IMG/VR virus record: IMGVR_UViG_3300020048_000018
Coordinates: 32,001-96,000 of that record
Direction: 5' to 3' (one strand)
Length of the DNA stretch: 64,000 nt
Source: a virus
A program made the translations under genes and the position numbers. The notes beneath the pieces were generated by a model. The model was not told the origin of the DNA, made no database searches, and saw only the letters and a list, made by a program, of their open reading frames with translations. Numbering within the stretch: the stretch's first letter is position 1; each line of letters starts with the position of its first letter. Shown here piece after piece: positions 19,747 to 32,042 of the stretch.

Positions 19747-21422
19747 GAGGAAACAAGGAAATTATGCTGTTTTATCGGGTTGAAACCATAAACAATGAAG
19801 GTCCGTATATCAACACCTGTGAACTTAAGCTGATGGATTGGCTTGAGATGGAGGGTGTGACGGATAATTATGGAAGTTTATATGAAAAATATATGAGAGA
19901 TCACCCGTCTCCTTTGGGAGATGATAGAGAACTCTATAATAGTTTCTATAAAGATCATACTATGATCAATGACTATATTTATGGATTCAAGTCCTTGGAA
20001 CAACTAAACGCATGGTTTAATCTAAAGGAAGAAAAAGAATATCTTAAACATTACAATTTTTTTATCTCAACTTATAAGATTAAGACTTTACAGGATTCCT
20101 TCTTTTCCTCTACCTTCCAAATGGTAGCAAAAAAAGAGAGTTTGAATTTAGTTATGAGAGAAAAAATCTGGTTTTATAAAACTTGGTGATTTTCAAGAAA
20201 TTTTTGGAGGGATAGAGATATGGAAACTTTTATTTTAGAGGTAATTGAAGCAATAAAATGCCAGATAGTTGTTGCACTGGTAATACTGTGGAAAATTTTT
20301 TATGCTATTGTAGTTTACATATTATTATCTCTTTGTCTTGGAGGTCTTGCATCTCTGGTTACTTGGGATATAACTTACTTAAAATCGGTTCTATTCATCT
20401 GGATATCTCCAAAAGAATATCCCTTTCATATACAATTGATTGTGGTACGAGTTATTTTTTGGATAGGTTCTATCTGTGTGGCACTCGAAGATGAAACCTT
20501 AGTTTAAGACTAGAACATTATGTAAGGGGATACTTATGGAAAATATAGACGATCTGCTAATAGAAAAAGAAACCATTGAAACTCGGTTGGGTTCTCTTTA
20601 CAAGATAGATATCGAGTTAAACAAACTTTACCTGCCTGATGAATATGACGTAAGAGAAAGCCTATACCTATTAGACTTGGAAAAATCTAAGCTTGAATCC
20701 CGTCTAAACGTGGTCAACAGCGGTATTTTTAGGTTTCAAAATCTTTGTTCGCACACGCCTCTTTACTTTGGCTCTGATGGAATCAGTGTTCTTTCCATCT
20801 GTAAAATATGCTCAAAACATTCCGTGGAGAAACGAATATGAGATCCCTTTTATACATAGGACAACAACCAAAGAATACGGGGGAAAATTGCCCTCTTTAC
20901 AAATGTATTTTTTGTGGGGACGAAACAAGTCAGAATAAAGGCTCTTGCATCTGCAAAGAATCTGTAGAGTTTTTAACTATGCCTGAAAGTGAAGCAACTG
21001 CCTTTAAGGAATTACATCAAAAGTTTTTTGTTGCAAAATTTGGAAAAAAGAATATTCAAGTTTTTTCTGATAAGGATGCCTACATGCTCTTTGTAGCTGT
21101 CAATGTAGAAAGACTTAAACTCGAAAGGGAGAGACAGGAAAACCAAGCCCGAGTAGATAGAATACGGTATGAAGAATATCGTATAGCTTCAGAACTTAGA
21201 CATAAAGAATATATAGAGTCTGAAAGGTTGAGGAGTATTAAGAGTAAAGAAGTTCTGGTAGCTTCCAGTATCAAAGAACTTCTTTCCTATCTTGTACACT
21301 TTATAGATAAATGTCAGTCCACCGGAAACTATGGAGAAGTTCCTACGGAAGAAAACTTCAAGGAATATGCAAACATGGAGGAAGTAATCGCATATGTTAC
21401 CTCAGAATATTTGGAGTAGTTT

Positions 21423-21746
21423 ATGAAAAAGATAATTGGAAAGTCTATTTGTCCTTTTTGCCACGGATGTAAAATAACCCCCTTCGTAGGGGGTCTTTCA
21501 CAGAACTGTAGTTCCTGTGATGATAAGGGTATGATAGACAATAAATGGCTGTATGATCATGATTTGGAGGATTGGATAACCGATAAGTCAAACATAATAA
21601 TTATGCCTAAGGTTGTAGGAAAAGAAGACATTAAAGAAATACGGAACCTTGCCCTCTCTATTATTGAATCCTCGGATAAGTACAAGGTGGTTTCCATACT
21701 TGCAAAGAGTATTATAACTCTCTGTGAAAAAGAACTTACATGCTAA
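21423..21746 (+). CDS. Hypothetical protein with DnaJ-like CxxCxG motifs
   Basis: CPFCHG...CSSCDDKG. Confidence 0.55.
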   Translation: MKKIIGKSICPFCHGCKITPFVGGLSQNCSSCDDKGMIDNKWLYDHDLEDWITDKSNIIIMPKVVGKEDIKEIRNLALSIIESSDKYKVVSILAKSIITLCEKELTC

Positions 21747-23223
21747 TTTCTTTTTGGAAGAACTTTTGTAAAGTGTTTTGGAGAAGGCTAGGTCGTTGTG
21801 ATGGATGCGGTTCAAACTGTAAAAACTTTGGAGCTACCAGAAGAAGAATGAATACCGCATATACAAATGAAGAATCAAACTTTGCATTTGTTTGTGAAGA
21901 TTGTTATAAAGAAATTTATGACCATTATGAAGAAATGTGGAAAGATTACTATGGAGGATTATTATAAATGAAAACTATTCATGTAGAAGACTCTACTTTT
22001 GAAATAGAGGACTGCAAATATAATGTGGGACTTCAATTAGCTTTTGCTTATGCAACAGACAAAACAAACAAGCAAGAGTTTGCTCTTTCGAGAACACAAG
22101 TACAAGAACTCCTTAAGGAAATAAACTGGTACAATGATATTCTTCAAAAGGCTAAGATATTTCCAATATTTAAGTCTCAAAAATTGAGAGATTCCAAATT
22201 GATTGATACCATACACTCCCATCCTCAGGCAGTTGAAAGGTATAGGAAAGGGGATATACTTATGGCTACCCAAGACGTTGCAGAAAATCCTTCCTATGGT
22301 TTTGGAGAAATGGACGATTATGGTTTCTTTGAGTTTCCTCTTTATTTTTTGGAGGCATTGGCATGATAAGTGACAGAATTGAACAGCTTCAAAAAGAACT
22401 AAGAGAAGAAGAAAGAAAGATGTCTCAGTGCAAACATACTTTCACCCCACCTGTCTATGACGCTGAAATACGGAAAGTAGGTTATGGAAACAGGTTTGTA
22501 CAATTAGGCTCTGACTCCTACACTGACTTCGATGGATTTGAGGATAAGGAATTTCCAAGGTGGTCGAGGAAATGTAGCAAGTGTGGTTTTAAGGAATATA
22601 CTTCAAAGAAAATTGCTATCGTATCTTCCTATGAACCAGACTTTAGAAAATGAAAAAGGTCTCTCTTTCAAATTTGGTTTTTATAAAAACGTCCTCTAGC
22701 CGTTTCGACAATGAAATGTCTCATGCTATTGTTGATCAGGTGAAAAAGAAATCTGGACTTATTGTAGCAATGTTGGAAGACGGTAGCACAATCCCCTTCG
22801 GAGAACTTACTGAAAAGAAATGTTCACAAATGACTTGTAGTAATTGTGAGTACCATAATAAGGAATAGATATGAGAATACTTGGTGACGCATCTAAAGAT
22901 ATAGAGAAGAAAAAAATTTGTAAAAACTGTGGTACAATAATTGGATATCTTCCTATAGATGTAAAAGAACACATTGCGAAAGATTATGGCGGTGGAAGTG
23001 ATTTGATACGATATATCAAATGCCCTAAATGCTCAGTAACTATAGAACTATAAAAAGGAAATTAAATAATGGAAAATAAATTGTATAATACAAGCCTTGA
23101 TATTCAGAACGATTTTGAAACAGAGACTAATCGAGATTGTTTCCCAAGTAGTTGCTTTTCGGATATATATGTGGCTTGGCTTGAGAATAAAATAATAAAG
23201 CTTACCCATGAACAGGGACTTAA

Positions 23224-23607
23224 ATGAAATGTGATATATTATATTTTTCTGATAGACTAGGATTTGAGGATGATGTTTATTTATTTAAGAAAATACTTGA
23301 ACATGCTGAGTTCACTCCTACCTCTTTGATTCATACCTATGACGTAATATATCAGGACGATGTTTCTGGTAAAGACTTAATATTTTTAGACTATGGTGGA
23401 TTATCAAAGGGTCAGGAATATTTTAAGATGGTAAGGCATTATCATAAACTAATAATCGAAAACCAAGAGAAGCAATTTATCATTGCTCTCACCATGCCAA
23501 AATGGTTTTACGAAAGCGAAGAAATCTTTTCTGAACCTAATGTATTATGTTTTGATAGATTTGATAATAGCTCGTATGAAAAACTTTTCAAACCCTACAA
23601 GGAGTAA
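23224..23607 (+). CDS. Possible divergent stand-alone receiver-like domain
   Basis: ~125 aa alpha/beta pattern, acidic residue after first strand, DLIFLDY. Confidence 0.35.
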   Translation: MKCDILYFSDRLGFEDDVYLFKKILEHAEFTPTSLIHTYDVIYQDDVSGKDLIFLDYGGLSKGQEYFKMVRHYHKLIIENQEKQFIIALTMPKWFYESEEIFSEPNVLCFDRFDNSSYEKLFKPYKE

Positions 23608-24050
23608 TTATGAAATGTGTATGTGGTTACTTTCATTTAGAAGACTGGGAGATTAAAGATCAACCCGAACTTGAATCTACCAATGGAAAAGAAAAATTTG
23701 AGAGTTTCTCACTTGTTGGTACGGGTGAAGTATACCATCCACGAGGATCTTTTTCGGGAGCCGTGGAAAAAACTTTCCACATCTGTCCTGTATGTGGTAC
23801 AGTACAATGTAAGAAGTGGTGTTGATATGTTTTATATATTTAGTGGAATGATCTACTTGGTAATTTCAACTCTTGATGGAATACATGATTATGATATTTG
23901 GACATATCTATGGATGACAACAGGTATACTTTTCATAATCTTAGGGGTTGTTAAAAATGAAAAGGAACTTAAAGTTTTGAGAAGAAAAGATTTTTTCAGA
24001 ACTGAATTAGAAAAGTCTCAAGCTAAAGTTGAAAATAGGAGATAGGAAGT

Positions 24051-24503
24051 ATGAAAACAATTGCAGAATTGAACAAGGAACGTTTGACTATTCGTACAAC
24101 GAATCCTGTAAGGGCAAAAGCTCTTATGATGTTGATTGATGGTGCAACTAAAAAAGCAAAATCAGAAAACCGTGAAGTTACAGAACAAGATATTCTGGAA
24201 ACCGCAAAGATGTTTGCATCTCAGGCAACAAAGGATATTAATGAAATCAAAGAAAAGCGTATCAAGTTTAATATTACTACGCCGGTTGATTTCTCTTCGT
24301 ATGAAGAAGATATAAAGTTCTATAAGGAGTTTCTTCCCGCAGAAGTAGAGCCTTTGTCTGTTGAAGAAATGAAAGCTGTATTAGCTTCGACAGGTATCGA
24401 ACTTGTAAAAAGTAATCGGGGAAGGATTTCTGGTGCAGTAAAAAACATTCCCCGAGTAAATATGAAGGAAATGGCAAACTTGCTGAATGAGATTTTAACC
24501 TAA
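24051..24503 (+). CDS. GatB/YqeY domain protein
   Basis: RAKALMMLI...K, EDIKFYKEFLP..LSVEEM, RGRISGAVK; ~150 aa. Confidence 0.7.
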   Translation: MKTIAELNKERLTIRTTNPVRAKALMMLIDGATKKAKSENREVTEQDILETAKMFASQATKDINEIKEKRIKFNITTPVDFSSYEEDIKFYKEFLPAEVEPLSVEEMKAVLASTGIELVKSNRGRISGAVKNIPRVNMKEMANLLNEILT

Positions 24504-24839
24504 TGTCTGAATTAATAAATTCCCCAATAGGTGAATATGATTTTCAGAAACAATGGGATTTGGCATATCCTAACTTCAAGAAGCTTTTTGATCTTGACTC
24601 AAGATCACTTGTTGAAAAAGTCAAGGATATTTGTGTGAGCCTACCAAAAGACTTTATTACAGGTAAATGGAAGGTGAAAAAAGTTATTCAGGATGATATA
24701 CCTTGGGAAATAACCCTTGAATTTTATGATTCCATTTGGATTACTCCTTTTGGTATTAAACTTAAAGAAGAATATGGTTACACAAAGGATTTGTATACTT
24801 ATTCCCAACTAGCTGATTTAAGTCTTTAATTACCTCCCT

Positions 24840-24864
24840 AATACCCCTTTTTAGGGGTATTTTT
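24840..24864 (+). terminator. Rho-independent terminator
   Basis: AATACCCCT-TTTT-AGGGGTATT followed by T run. Confidence 0.8.
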
Positions 24865-24874
24865 ATTTTTAAAT

Positions 24875-24918
24875 AAAGTTTTGAACTTTTCTTGAAAATC
24901 CTATATATTATATATGTA
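24875..24918 (+). promoter_or_regulatory. Repeated promoter, copy 6
   Basis: Same motif, just after terminator. Confidence 0.85.
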
Positions 24919-25312
24919 GAGACAAAGAGTAGGTGAAAAAGGAAGGAACGTATGAAGCCAGTAGATAAACTTAAGATTATGACCTATTGTAATGATATGG
25001 TTAGTTCTCTTAAAAAAACTTCAACCACTCTTAATCCTGATAATCCTCCCTATGTTAATTTACTTAAGAATTCCGAGCTATATGGTCAGGGTAAAGCTTA
25101 CGCAGATATCCTTGTCAAACTAGCAGATGGAACCTTCAACTGAAGTAAGCACTATAGGAGAAATAATGCATTATCATTAGCTATGTGAACCTGTTTGCAA
25201 GTGAATAATCTTGATGCTACAAAAATCTTCAACTAAGAAAGGAATGCCATTATGACGTATACCTAGTACGGAGTTCCCTCCAAACTAATAAATGAAATAA
25301 TTTAATTCGGTC

Positions 25313-25343
25313 AAGACCCTCCTATTGGAGGGTCTTTTTTTTT
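25313..25343 (+). terminator. Rho-independent terminator
   Basis: AAGACCCTCC-TATT-GGAGGGTCTT plus T run. Confidence 0.88.
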
Positions 25344-25357
25344 CAATTATTTTCAAG

Positions 25358-25403
25358 AAAGTTTTGAACTTTTTCTGAATATCCTATATATTATATATGT
25401 AAG
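25358..25403 (+). promoter_or_regulatory. Repeated promoter, copy 7
   Basis: Same motif, just after terminator. Confidence 0.85.
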
Positions 25404-25417
25404 GAAAAAGGGAGTTA

Positions 25418-25603
25418 ATGATGGACAATATTCAGGAGTACTACAACTATAATGCGCTGATCTCTGCATTCTTTCTTCTTATCTGGGTTCTTTTGATATC
25501 AATAGCGGGAATTGTTGTTGATAAGCTGGATAAAAAGTATTCTTGGAACCTTGAACAGAAACTTGATTTGTTTGTCTCAAAGTTGATAAAACATGGAAAC
25601 TAA
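25418..25603 (+). CDS. Small single-TM protein
   Basis: ALISAFFLLIWVLLISIAGIVV; first gene after promoter. Confidence 0.65.
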   Translation: MMDNIQEYYNYNALISAFFLLIWVLLISIAGIVVDKLDKKYSWNLEQKLDLFVSKLIKHGN

Positions 25604-26446
25604 GAGGGTAGTAGTTAAAGCCAAGAAGGTTTTCTCCACCAGAATCCAATGTACAGTCAATGGCAAAAGAGTATCTGTTACAGTTTGGGACAATGTGTAT
25701 AATAATACCATTGCCGAGGAACTTGTTAAAAAGTCCTTTGGACCCGGTGCAAAGGACTTGGTTATCTCAAACATCGAATTAGAAAATCATTTTTAGAAAA
25801 AAGTTGTCAACTTTTATTAAGAAAATCTTAAGCATAAACAATCAACTACGGAGTAATTTAATGGATCATCTTGTGTCAGACCGAATTTTAATAAATGAAG
25901 AACAACTTGCAGAAGCAATCGTGTTCTTTGACAAACACTCAAAGATACATAATGTTCAGGTACTTAAAGCTAACTGGGCAGATACCTCAAAATGCTGTGT
26001 AAAGTTTGTTGCTGACTCAAAGAGGTCTATGCTAAAGTTTATTGAAAGCATAAAACATACGAGTTTTATTGAAAGTATTCCCGATTGGAAATCCATCGGG
26101 TTTTTTGTTATGTCTTTGAGTGAAATCGAAGGCGAACCTTTTTTCGAGGTTAATTAAATGAAAAGTGAAAGAGTTGAAAAGCTTATAAAGCAAGTCGATG
26201 AGGGATTTTCACTTACCCATTTGGAAGGACAGTCTCTTGCATTCTATATCAGAACCCTTGAAAAAGAAAAAGCAGATATGAAAACAGATTTCTGGAATGT
26301 AGTTGGAAACTATTGGTACACCTTACGGGGTTGGTTAGGTAAATGTGAACTACTCGAAGTAGAATATAAACAACATGAAAAGTGTTGTAAGGATATTATG
26401 TCAAAGTACAACTTCTTTTGAAACTATCTTTTAAGGGGGACGAAAA

Positions 26447-27223
26447 ATGAATGAGATTTCAAACATCAACCTGTACAATACCCGAATGGCAAAGTCAATG
26501 CTTGACAAACTATTCTTCCTTGACATGGCAGTCGGAGTGGAAAAAATGCTAGACTTCGGTTGTGCAGATGGAACTCTCCTCCAATATGTAAAGATGTTCT
26601 GCCCCGACATGAAACTCTTTGGATATGATATGTCTGAGGAGATGGTAAAAATTGCAACTGAAAAAAACAGTGATGCAAAGTTTTACTCCAACTTCGAGTT
26701 CTCCCGTGACACTATTTTCCAAGAGGGAAAAGAGAACTCTCTTCTTAATTTGAGTTCAATTATCCATGAGGTATACTCGTATTCCAGTGCAACAGAAATT
26801 GATACTTTCTGGGAAAGGGTTTTTTATTCTGGATTCAAATACATTGCTGTCCGTGACATGATGACAAATGAAACCGCAAATCGAACTACCCCTATGCGAG
26901 ACGAAATGCGAGTGAGAACAAAGAGATCAGTGGAAAAACAGTTGGAAGATTTTGAGAAAATCTTTGGCACCATTGCCAATAATAAAAACTTCCTTCACTT
27001 CCTTTTGAAATACAAATATGTGGAAAACTGGGGTAGGGAACTTTATGAAAACTATCTCCCAATTTCTACAACTCGATTTTTTAAGATGATGCCTGATACA
27101 TATGAGGTAGTATTCTATAGCTCTTACACGCTTCCCTATCTGGCATATACAGTAAAGGAAGATTTTGGAATTGAGCTTGCTGATAATACCCATGTTAAAA
27201 TTCTACTTCGGAGAAAACAGTAG
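26447..27223 (+). CDS. Class I SAM-dependent methyltransferase
   Basis: LDFGCADG motif I, FGYDMS, LSSIIHE. Confidence 0.82.
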   Translation: MNEISNINLYNTRMAKSMLDKLFFLDMAVGVEKMLDFGCADGTLLQYVKMFCPDMKLFGYDMSEEMVKIATEKNSDAKFYSNFEFSRDTIFQEGKENSLLNLSSIIHEVYSYSSATEIDTFWERVFYSGFKYIAVRDMMTNETANRTTPMRDEMRVRTKRSVEKQLEDFEKIFGTIANNKNFLHFLLKYKYVENWGRELYENYLPISTTRFFKMMPDTYEVVFYSSYTLPYLAYTVKEDFGIELADNTHVKILLRRKQ

Positions 27224-28193
27224 ACTTACTGCTTTTCAACTAAGATAGTATAATAAAATACTTACTCGGAGGTTGTGTGAAATTATATCTTGACCCTGAA
27301 TACCACTCAGTTTCATTAGCAAATAAGTGGTCAATGAAACTTATTCCTTTTTATGAACTTTTAATTATGGAGTTTCTTAAAGAAGTACAAGATTATAGTT
27401 CCAGTATAATAACTAAGAACTCTAAGATAAAACAACTTGAAGAATCAAATGCAAGTTTACGTAATGTAATAAATGAATATGAAAAACTTTGTGTTCTATT
27501 AAAAGGGAATCAGAATGAAACTATTGAAATTACGATTAACTAAAGAGTTTAAAACAAACTTTATTATTCTAAATATATTTTGTATAGCATTACTTACATT
27601 CACAATAATCACAGGAATAAACTCCCTGTCGGTTGTTGATAAGATTTCTTGTGGTCTTTTCTCCCTATTTCCTTTGTACGGAAATATAACTCTCTTTTCT
27701 CGGTATAAGCATAGAAGAATTGATAGAAACAAAGATTTGATTAAAGCTAGAAAATCTGAGGGTAAAATTAAGTTTGATTCGGTGAAACCTGATTCAATAA
27801 AAATAATTGATTCTGGTTTTTTACTTAATTGCACTTATAATAAAATAGAATCCCAAACTCTCTTTAGGTTTATCGATATGATGAATAATGAGGTTTGTAA
27901 TATTGATGGAAAAAAGTTTATTGAGGTTTACAGAAAATGATTGATGAAAAAGAAGTTTACCCTTGGATAAGGGTAGAGGATTCTCTCCCTCTTAAAGATG
28001 AAGTAGTTGATATTTGGTTTGATAACAAAAGATGTACAAATTATAAATATACCAGAGACTATGCAGGACGGACAGGGAATGATTTTTTTGAGCCTACTAT
28101 ATCTGGGTACTCGTGTGTTAGACTTGCAACCCACTGGATGAGGCTCCCTAAACCTCCAATAAAAAAAGAGTGGGAAGCAAAGGAGTCGAAGCT

Positions 28194-28391
28194 ATGGGAT
28201 TAAATCCAGATAAAGATCATGTAAATAAAATACTTGAAGCTCTGAAAAAGAATGGTGGATACTGTCCCTGTGTGTTCACAAAGTCACCAGACACCATTTG
28301 CAAATGTAAGGAATACAGGGAAACAAAAGTTTGCCACTGTGGTTTATTCATGGATAGATCAGAATGTGAAAACCCTAAAACCGGAGAGTGA
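28194..28391 (+). CDS. Ferredoxin-thioredoxin reductase catalytic (beta) subunit-like protein
   Basis: LNPD...GYCPC...ICKC...CHCGLF motif spacing. Confidence 0.8.
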   Translation: MGLNPDKDHVNKILEALKKNGGYCPCVFTKSPDTICKCKEYRETKVCHCGLFMDRSECENPKTGE

Positions 28392-28785
28392 ACTTATGAC
28401 TTGTACATTTGAGTACTTTGATGGATCACCTGACAAGAAAGGGATTGGAATTTGTGATATTGAGCATGTTGAACTTCTTAATTCCTTATGGATTTATCTT
28501 CCTCCACCAAACAAACAAGGTGTAAGGACTTTAGTTTCAAGGTCTCATGGGTCACTTAGTGTTAAATCTATAGTTTTGTCCTTTAATGGTGAAAACGTTT
28601 GGAAGCAACTTAGTAATGGAAAAATAGTATCTAAAGGGATATTTCTAAAAAATGGAAACCCTGTTGATATTCGTGTAGAGAATCTTGAAATAAACAATAA
28701 GTTTGACTAGGAATCATGCAATAAAATCCTGAGATTTACAATCGAAAGATTTTAAGAATAAGTCTGCTGTTCCTCTATTTATAGC

Positions 28786-28854
28786 TACGGGAACATTCTT
28801 GAGGGCGGCAGTCTGCAAAACTGTTATTCGTGGGTTCAAATCCCACTTCCGTCT
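28786..28854 (+). pseudogene. Degenerate tRNA-Cys(GCA)-like sequence
   Basis: Intact anticodon arm GCAGT-CTGCAAA-ACTGT, T-arm GTGGG-TTCAAAT-CCCAC, 3' strand TTCCGTC-T; 5' strand TACGGGA with 1:72 mismatch; no D-stem. Confidence 0.65.
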
Positions 28855-28870
28855 TTAGAAAAATCGGTAA

Positions 28871-28916
28871 AAAGTTTTGAACTTTTTGAAAATATCCTAT
28901 ATATTATATATGTAAG
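28871..28916 (+). promoter_or_regulatory. Repeated promoter, copy 8
   Basis: Same motif; TCGGTAAAAAG upstream shared with copies 12 and 13. Confidence 0.85.
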
Positions 28917-30311
28917 GAAAAAAAGGGGTACAAAATGGAAGATAAAGCCTATTTACTTGAACAGGAAGTTTGTATTATCGTGAATGGTATCGAAAGAAAA
29001 TACTTGGTAGCCAACTTTCATGTAGACAGTAGCTTGGTGAAGCTATTAGAAAACTCAATCCTAAACCTGCAAGGTGTGAAGAGAGTTAAGTAAACCAATC
29101 TTTTTAGGAGAAAATAAAAATGAGTAATTGGACAAAAGATATGCCTAAAGAAGAAGGTTGCTTTTGGTTTTTTGGTGAACCTTTTTGGGGTGTAATGAAT
29201 CGCCCCCCAAAAGAATACTTCAAACCAAAAATGTATGTGGTACAAGTGATGTCTTTACCAAATGACTTCATGTATGTTACCGATGGTGCATTCATGAACT
29301 CCAAATGCCATGGTCTTTGGAACACTGAAAAAATTATCCTCCCAGAAAACCCCTCACTCGATCTCCCAGAATCTAATGGCTAAAAGGAAAAATAATATGG
29401 AAAAGATTTACAATCTCTCAGAAACCTTCACAAATAGCAAGGGTTTAGAATTCAAGCTAACTCGAATCTACTCAGGAGTCGAAGACTATAAAAAGATAAT
29501 AATTTTCAAGCATACTTCACTTTCTGTTTTGGTAGAAACACCCGACACTCGTTTTGACTCACCCTTATCTACCTTCTGCGAGAATGTTGTAGTTGAAGAT
29601 TTGGTAGAGGAGACAACCTTAAAAAGAATTTCCTTCGACAAGACTGCATATTTCAAAAGGATTAAAACAGCCTGTCCGATATACAAAAAAGGGTTGTTCA
29701 GAAAAATTACAAATTATAAAGTTACTGAGTGGGAATATTACTGGAAAACCGCAAAGGTTAGTTACCTGACAAATAGCTATATCATACAGGAACCTAAAGA
29801 ATACAATCAAACAATCGTGGTAGGATAATTACATGACATTACAGGATTTAGAGGAATTAGCTAATAAAAGCGAAGCCTATCTTGAGACAGAAGACTATAT
29901 CGATAATATCAACTCCGACCGGTCACATTACACGAGTTTTGAAAAGGGTAAAATCCCTTTTTGTATCTGTGCAAAAGAAATTGTAAGGGGATATACTGGT
30001 GGAAGCTATCACTCTGATAGTTATTGCCATCCCTTTACTGACAGTGATGCAGAAACTAAAGTTCAATATGATATTGATAATGCCCTAAACCTTGTCCTTG
30101 AGAAGATTTGTTCTACTATTACTTTACTGCAATACAACAGAGTCTACAGGGATTTGATTCAAGAAACTGAGTATACAGAAACTGAGTATTATGGAAATGA
30201 TTCGGTACACTGTATTAAATATTTTGTTTTCGAGGAATTATTCAAAAGACTTTTAACCGAAGGTTTAGTAGAGTATGATTCCTATACAAAGTTTATCGAG
30301 GAGTTCATGTA

Positions 30312-30689
30312 ATGAAAGTTTTGTGTATTGTTGGTTTACCTGCTTCTGGAAAAACTACTCTCATAGAAACCCTGAGGACTCCTGATGATTACGTTATTGA
30401 TGATTTTTCTACTTACAAGAAAATGGAAGAAGCCCTAACCTCAGGTCGTGAAAGATTAATTCTTTCTGACCCCTATATGTGCGACCCAGATATATTTCTC
30501 AAGATTGTAGAGTTTCTTAAAAGCTTTAAGTTTGTACATCTTGAGTTTATATTTTTTGAGAATGATGGTGAACAGTGTTTAATTAATGCTAAGAATAGAC
30601 CCGAGAAACAAGTGTCTGGATTCATTAAATATTTAACAAAAGTATATAACCCCCCTCGGGTAGATAAAAAAGTATACAAGGAAGTGTAA
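30312..30689 (+). CDS. Small P-loop kinase (polynucleotide kinase / AAA_33-like)
   Basis: IVGLPASGKTT Walker A, IDD, CLINAKNR lid. Confidence 0.7.
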   Translation: MKVLCIVGLPASGKTTLIETLRTPDDYVIDDFSTYKKMEEALTSGRERLILSDPYMCDPDIFLKIVEFLKSFKFVHLEFIFFENDGEQCLINAKNRPEKQVSGFIKYLTKVYNPPRVDKKVYKEV

Positions 30690-31391
30690 TGAGTTTTTTT
30701 AATTTGACCAAAGTAAAGATGGAACGAAGATTTACATATCTTGACAGTGAGATAACAGATGAAAATCCTGAAATATATCTCAGGACAAAAGAACTCTTGA
30801 AACTTATTTTACCTAAGCTTCATTTTTCCGTGTTCCCTTTTATCGGACTCACTAACGAGGGTCAGGTTATTGCTGAATGGCATAACTCAATGGGGCATTG
30901 CTACAGCTACCTTATGCCAGTCTCGGAGAATGTAATTAATTATAAAATTGTTGACATCGGAAAGAGTATTGTATATCAAACCTTCACTTTGGAAACTATA
31001 GACCAGTTAAAACTTTAAGGAAAAAGAAAATTGAACACCCTCAATGAACTCGATATAGTGAAAAACTTTTTAGATAAGATGCCACAAAGTTATAGAAAAT
31101 ATAATATGAACCGAGTAGTAGTTCATGATATTCTTATGAACAGAACACGAACCGCAGGTAGCACAAGCTGTGACGAAAAATGCTACGAGCTTGGTATTAA
31201 TCCTCATGCATATACCTTAGGAGATACTTAAAATGGATATCAGAAATTGCTGGTTTAGGCATTGTCATGTTTGTGGGGATTCTCAGTGCTCTTTCTTTAT
31301 AAAAAAATATACTCCCTGTGTAACGGGAATTATCACATTAACCTTTGAGGAAATAGATTCCTATCTCGCTTTGACAGGTGGATGGGTTTAA

Positions 31392-31604
31392 ATGATAACC
31401 AAGAAAAAAAGAAAACCTCGGGGAATTAAATTGAATGGGAGACGGTCACAGAATCTATGTCCCCATTGTTTTTCTTTCCAATGTGACCCTTGCACTATGT
31501 CCAAAAAGTTTTCAGAAAAAATAAGAAAACGATTGGAAGCAGGACTATGTGGTGCGTGTGGACATAACCCCTGCACCTGCAAATCAAGTTTAGATATTAA
31601 ATAG
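31392..31604 (+). CDS. Basic Cys-rich small protein
   Basis: KKKRKPR; CPHC..CDPC; CGACGHNPCTC. Confidence 0.6.
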   Translation: MITKKKRKPRGIKLNGRRSQNLCPHCFSFQCDPCTMSKKFSEKIRKRLEAGLCGACGHNPCTCKSSLDIK

Positions 31605-31613
31605 GAAGTTTTT

Positions 31614-32042
31614 ATGGAAATAATTTACTTAGTTTTTCTTTTGTCATTCCTTGTTTTAATTGTATGTGGAATCATGATAGCAGTAGGTTCCTCAGAACTT
31701 AAAGATAATTATTCAAGACACTGTAATTCTATTTTAAAAAGTGAGTACACTTACAGATATGGGGATTTCTCCGACTTCTTATTTCTTATAAGTTATTTTA
31801 GAAAGGAATTAACTGTACAGTCTGTTAGTTCCGAACCATACCTTGCATCAAAAACTTTTGAATTGAGTAAGAATATGTTTTACAAACACTATGTTCGTTA
31901 TGATACCATTATCTTTAATAATATTCACTTTATGTTTATTAATGCTAATGAGTTTGGAGAATATACTTCGTGGTTTTCAAAGTTTTCTAAACTTGAAAAC
32001 ACTAAAGAACGAGCAATTTTATTAGGAGATTCTTGGAGATGA
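31614..32042 (+). CDS. Membrane-anchored hypothetical protein (paralog A)
   Basis: N-terminal TM; shares motifs with next ORF. Confidence 0.65.
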   Translation: MEIIYLVFLLSFLVLIVCGIMIAVGSSELKDNYSRHCNSILKSEYTYRYGDFSDFLFLISYFRKELTVQSVSSEPYLASKTFELSKNMFYKHYVRYDTIIFNNIHFMFINANEFGEYTSWFSKFSKLENTKERAILLGDSWR

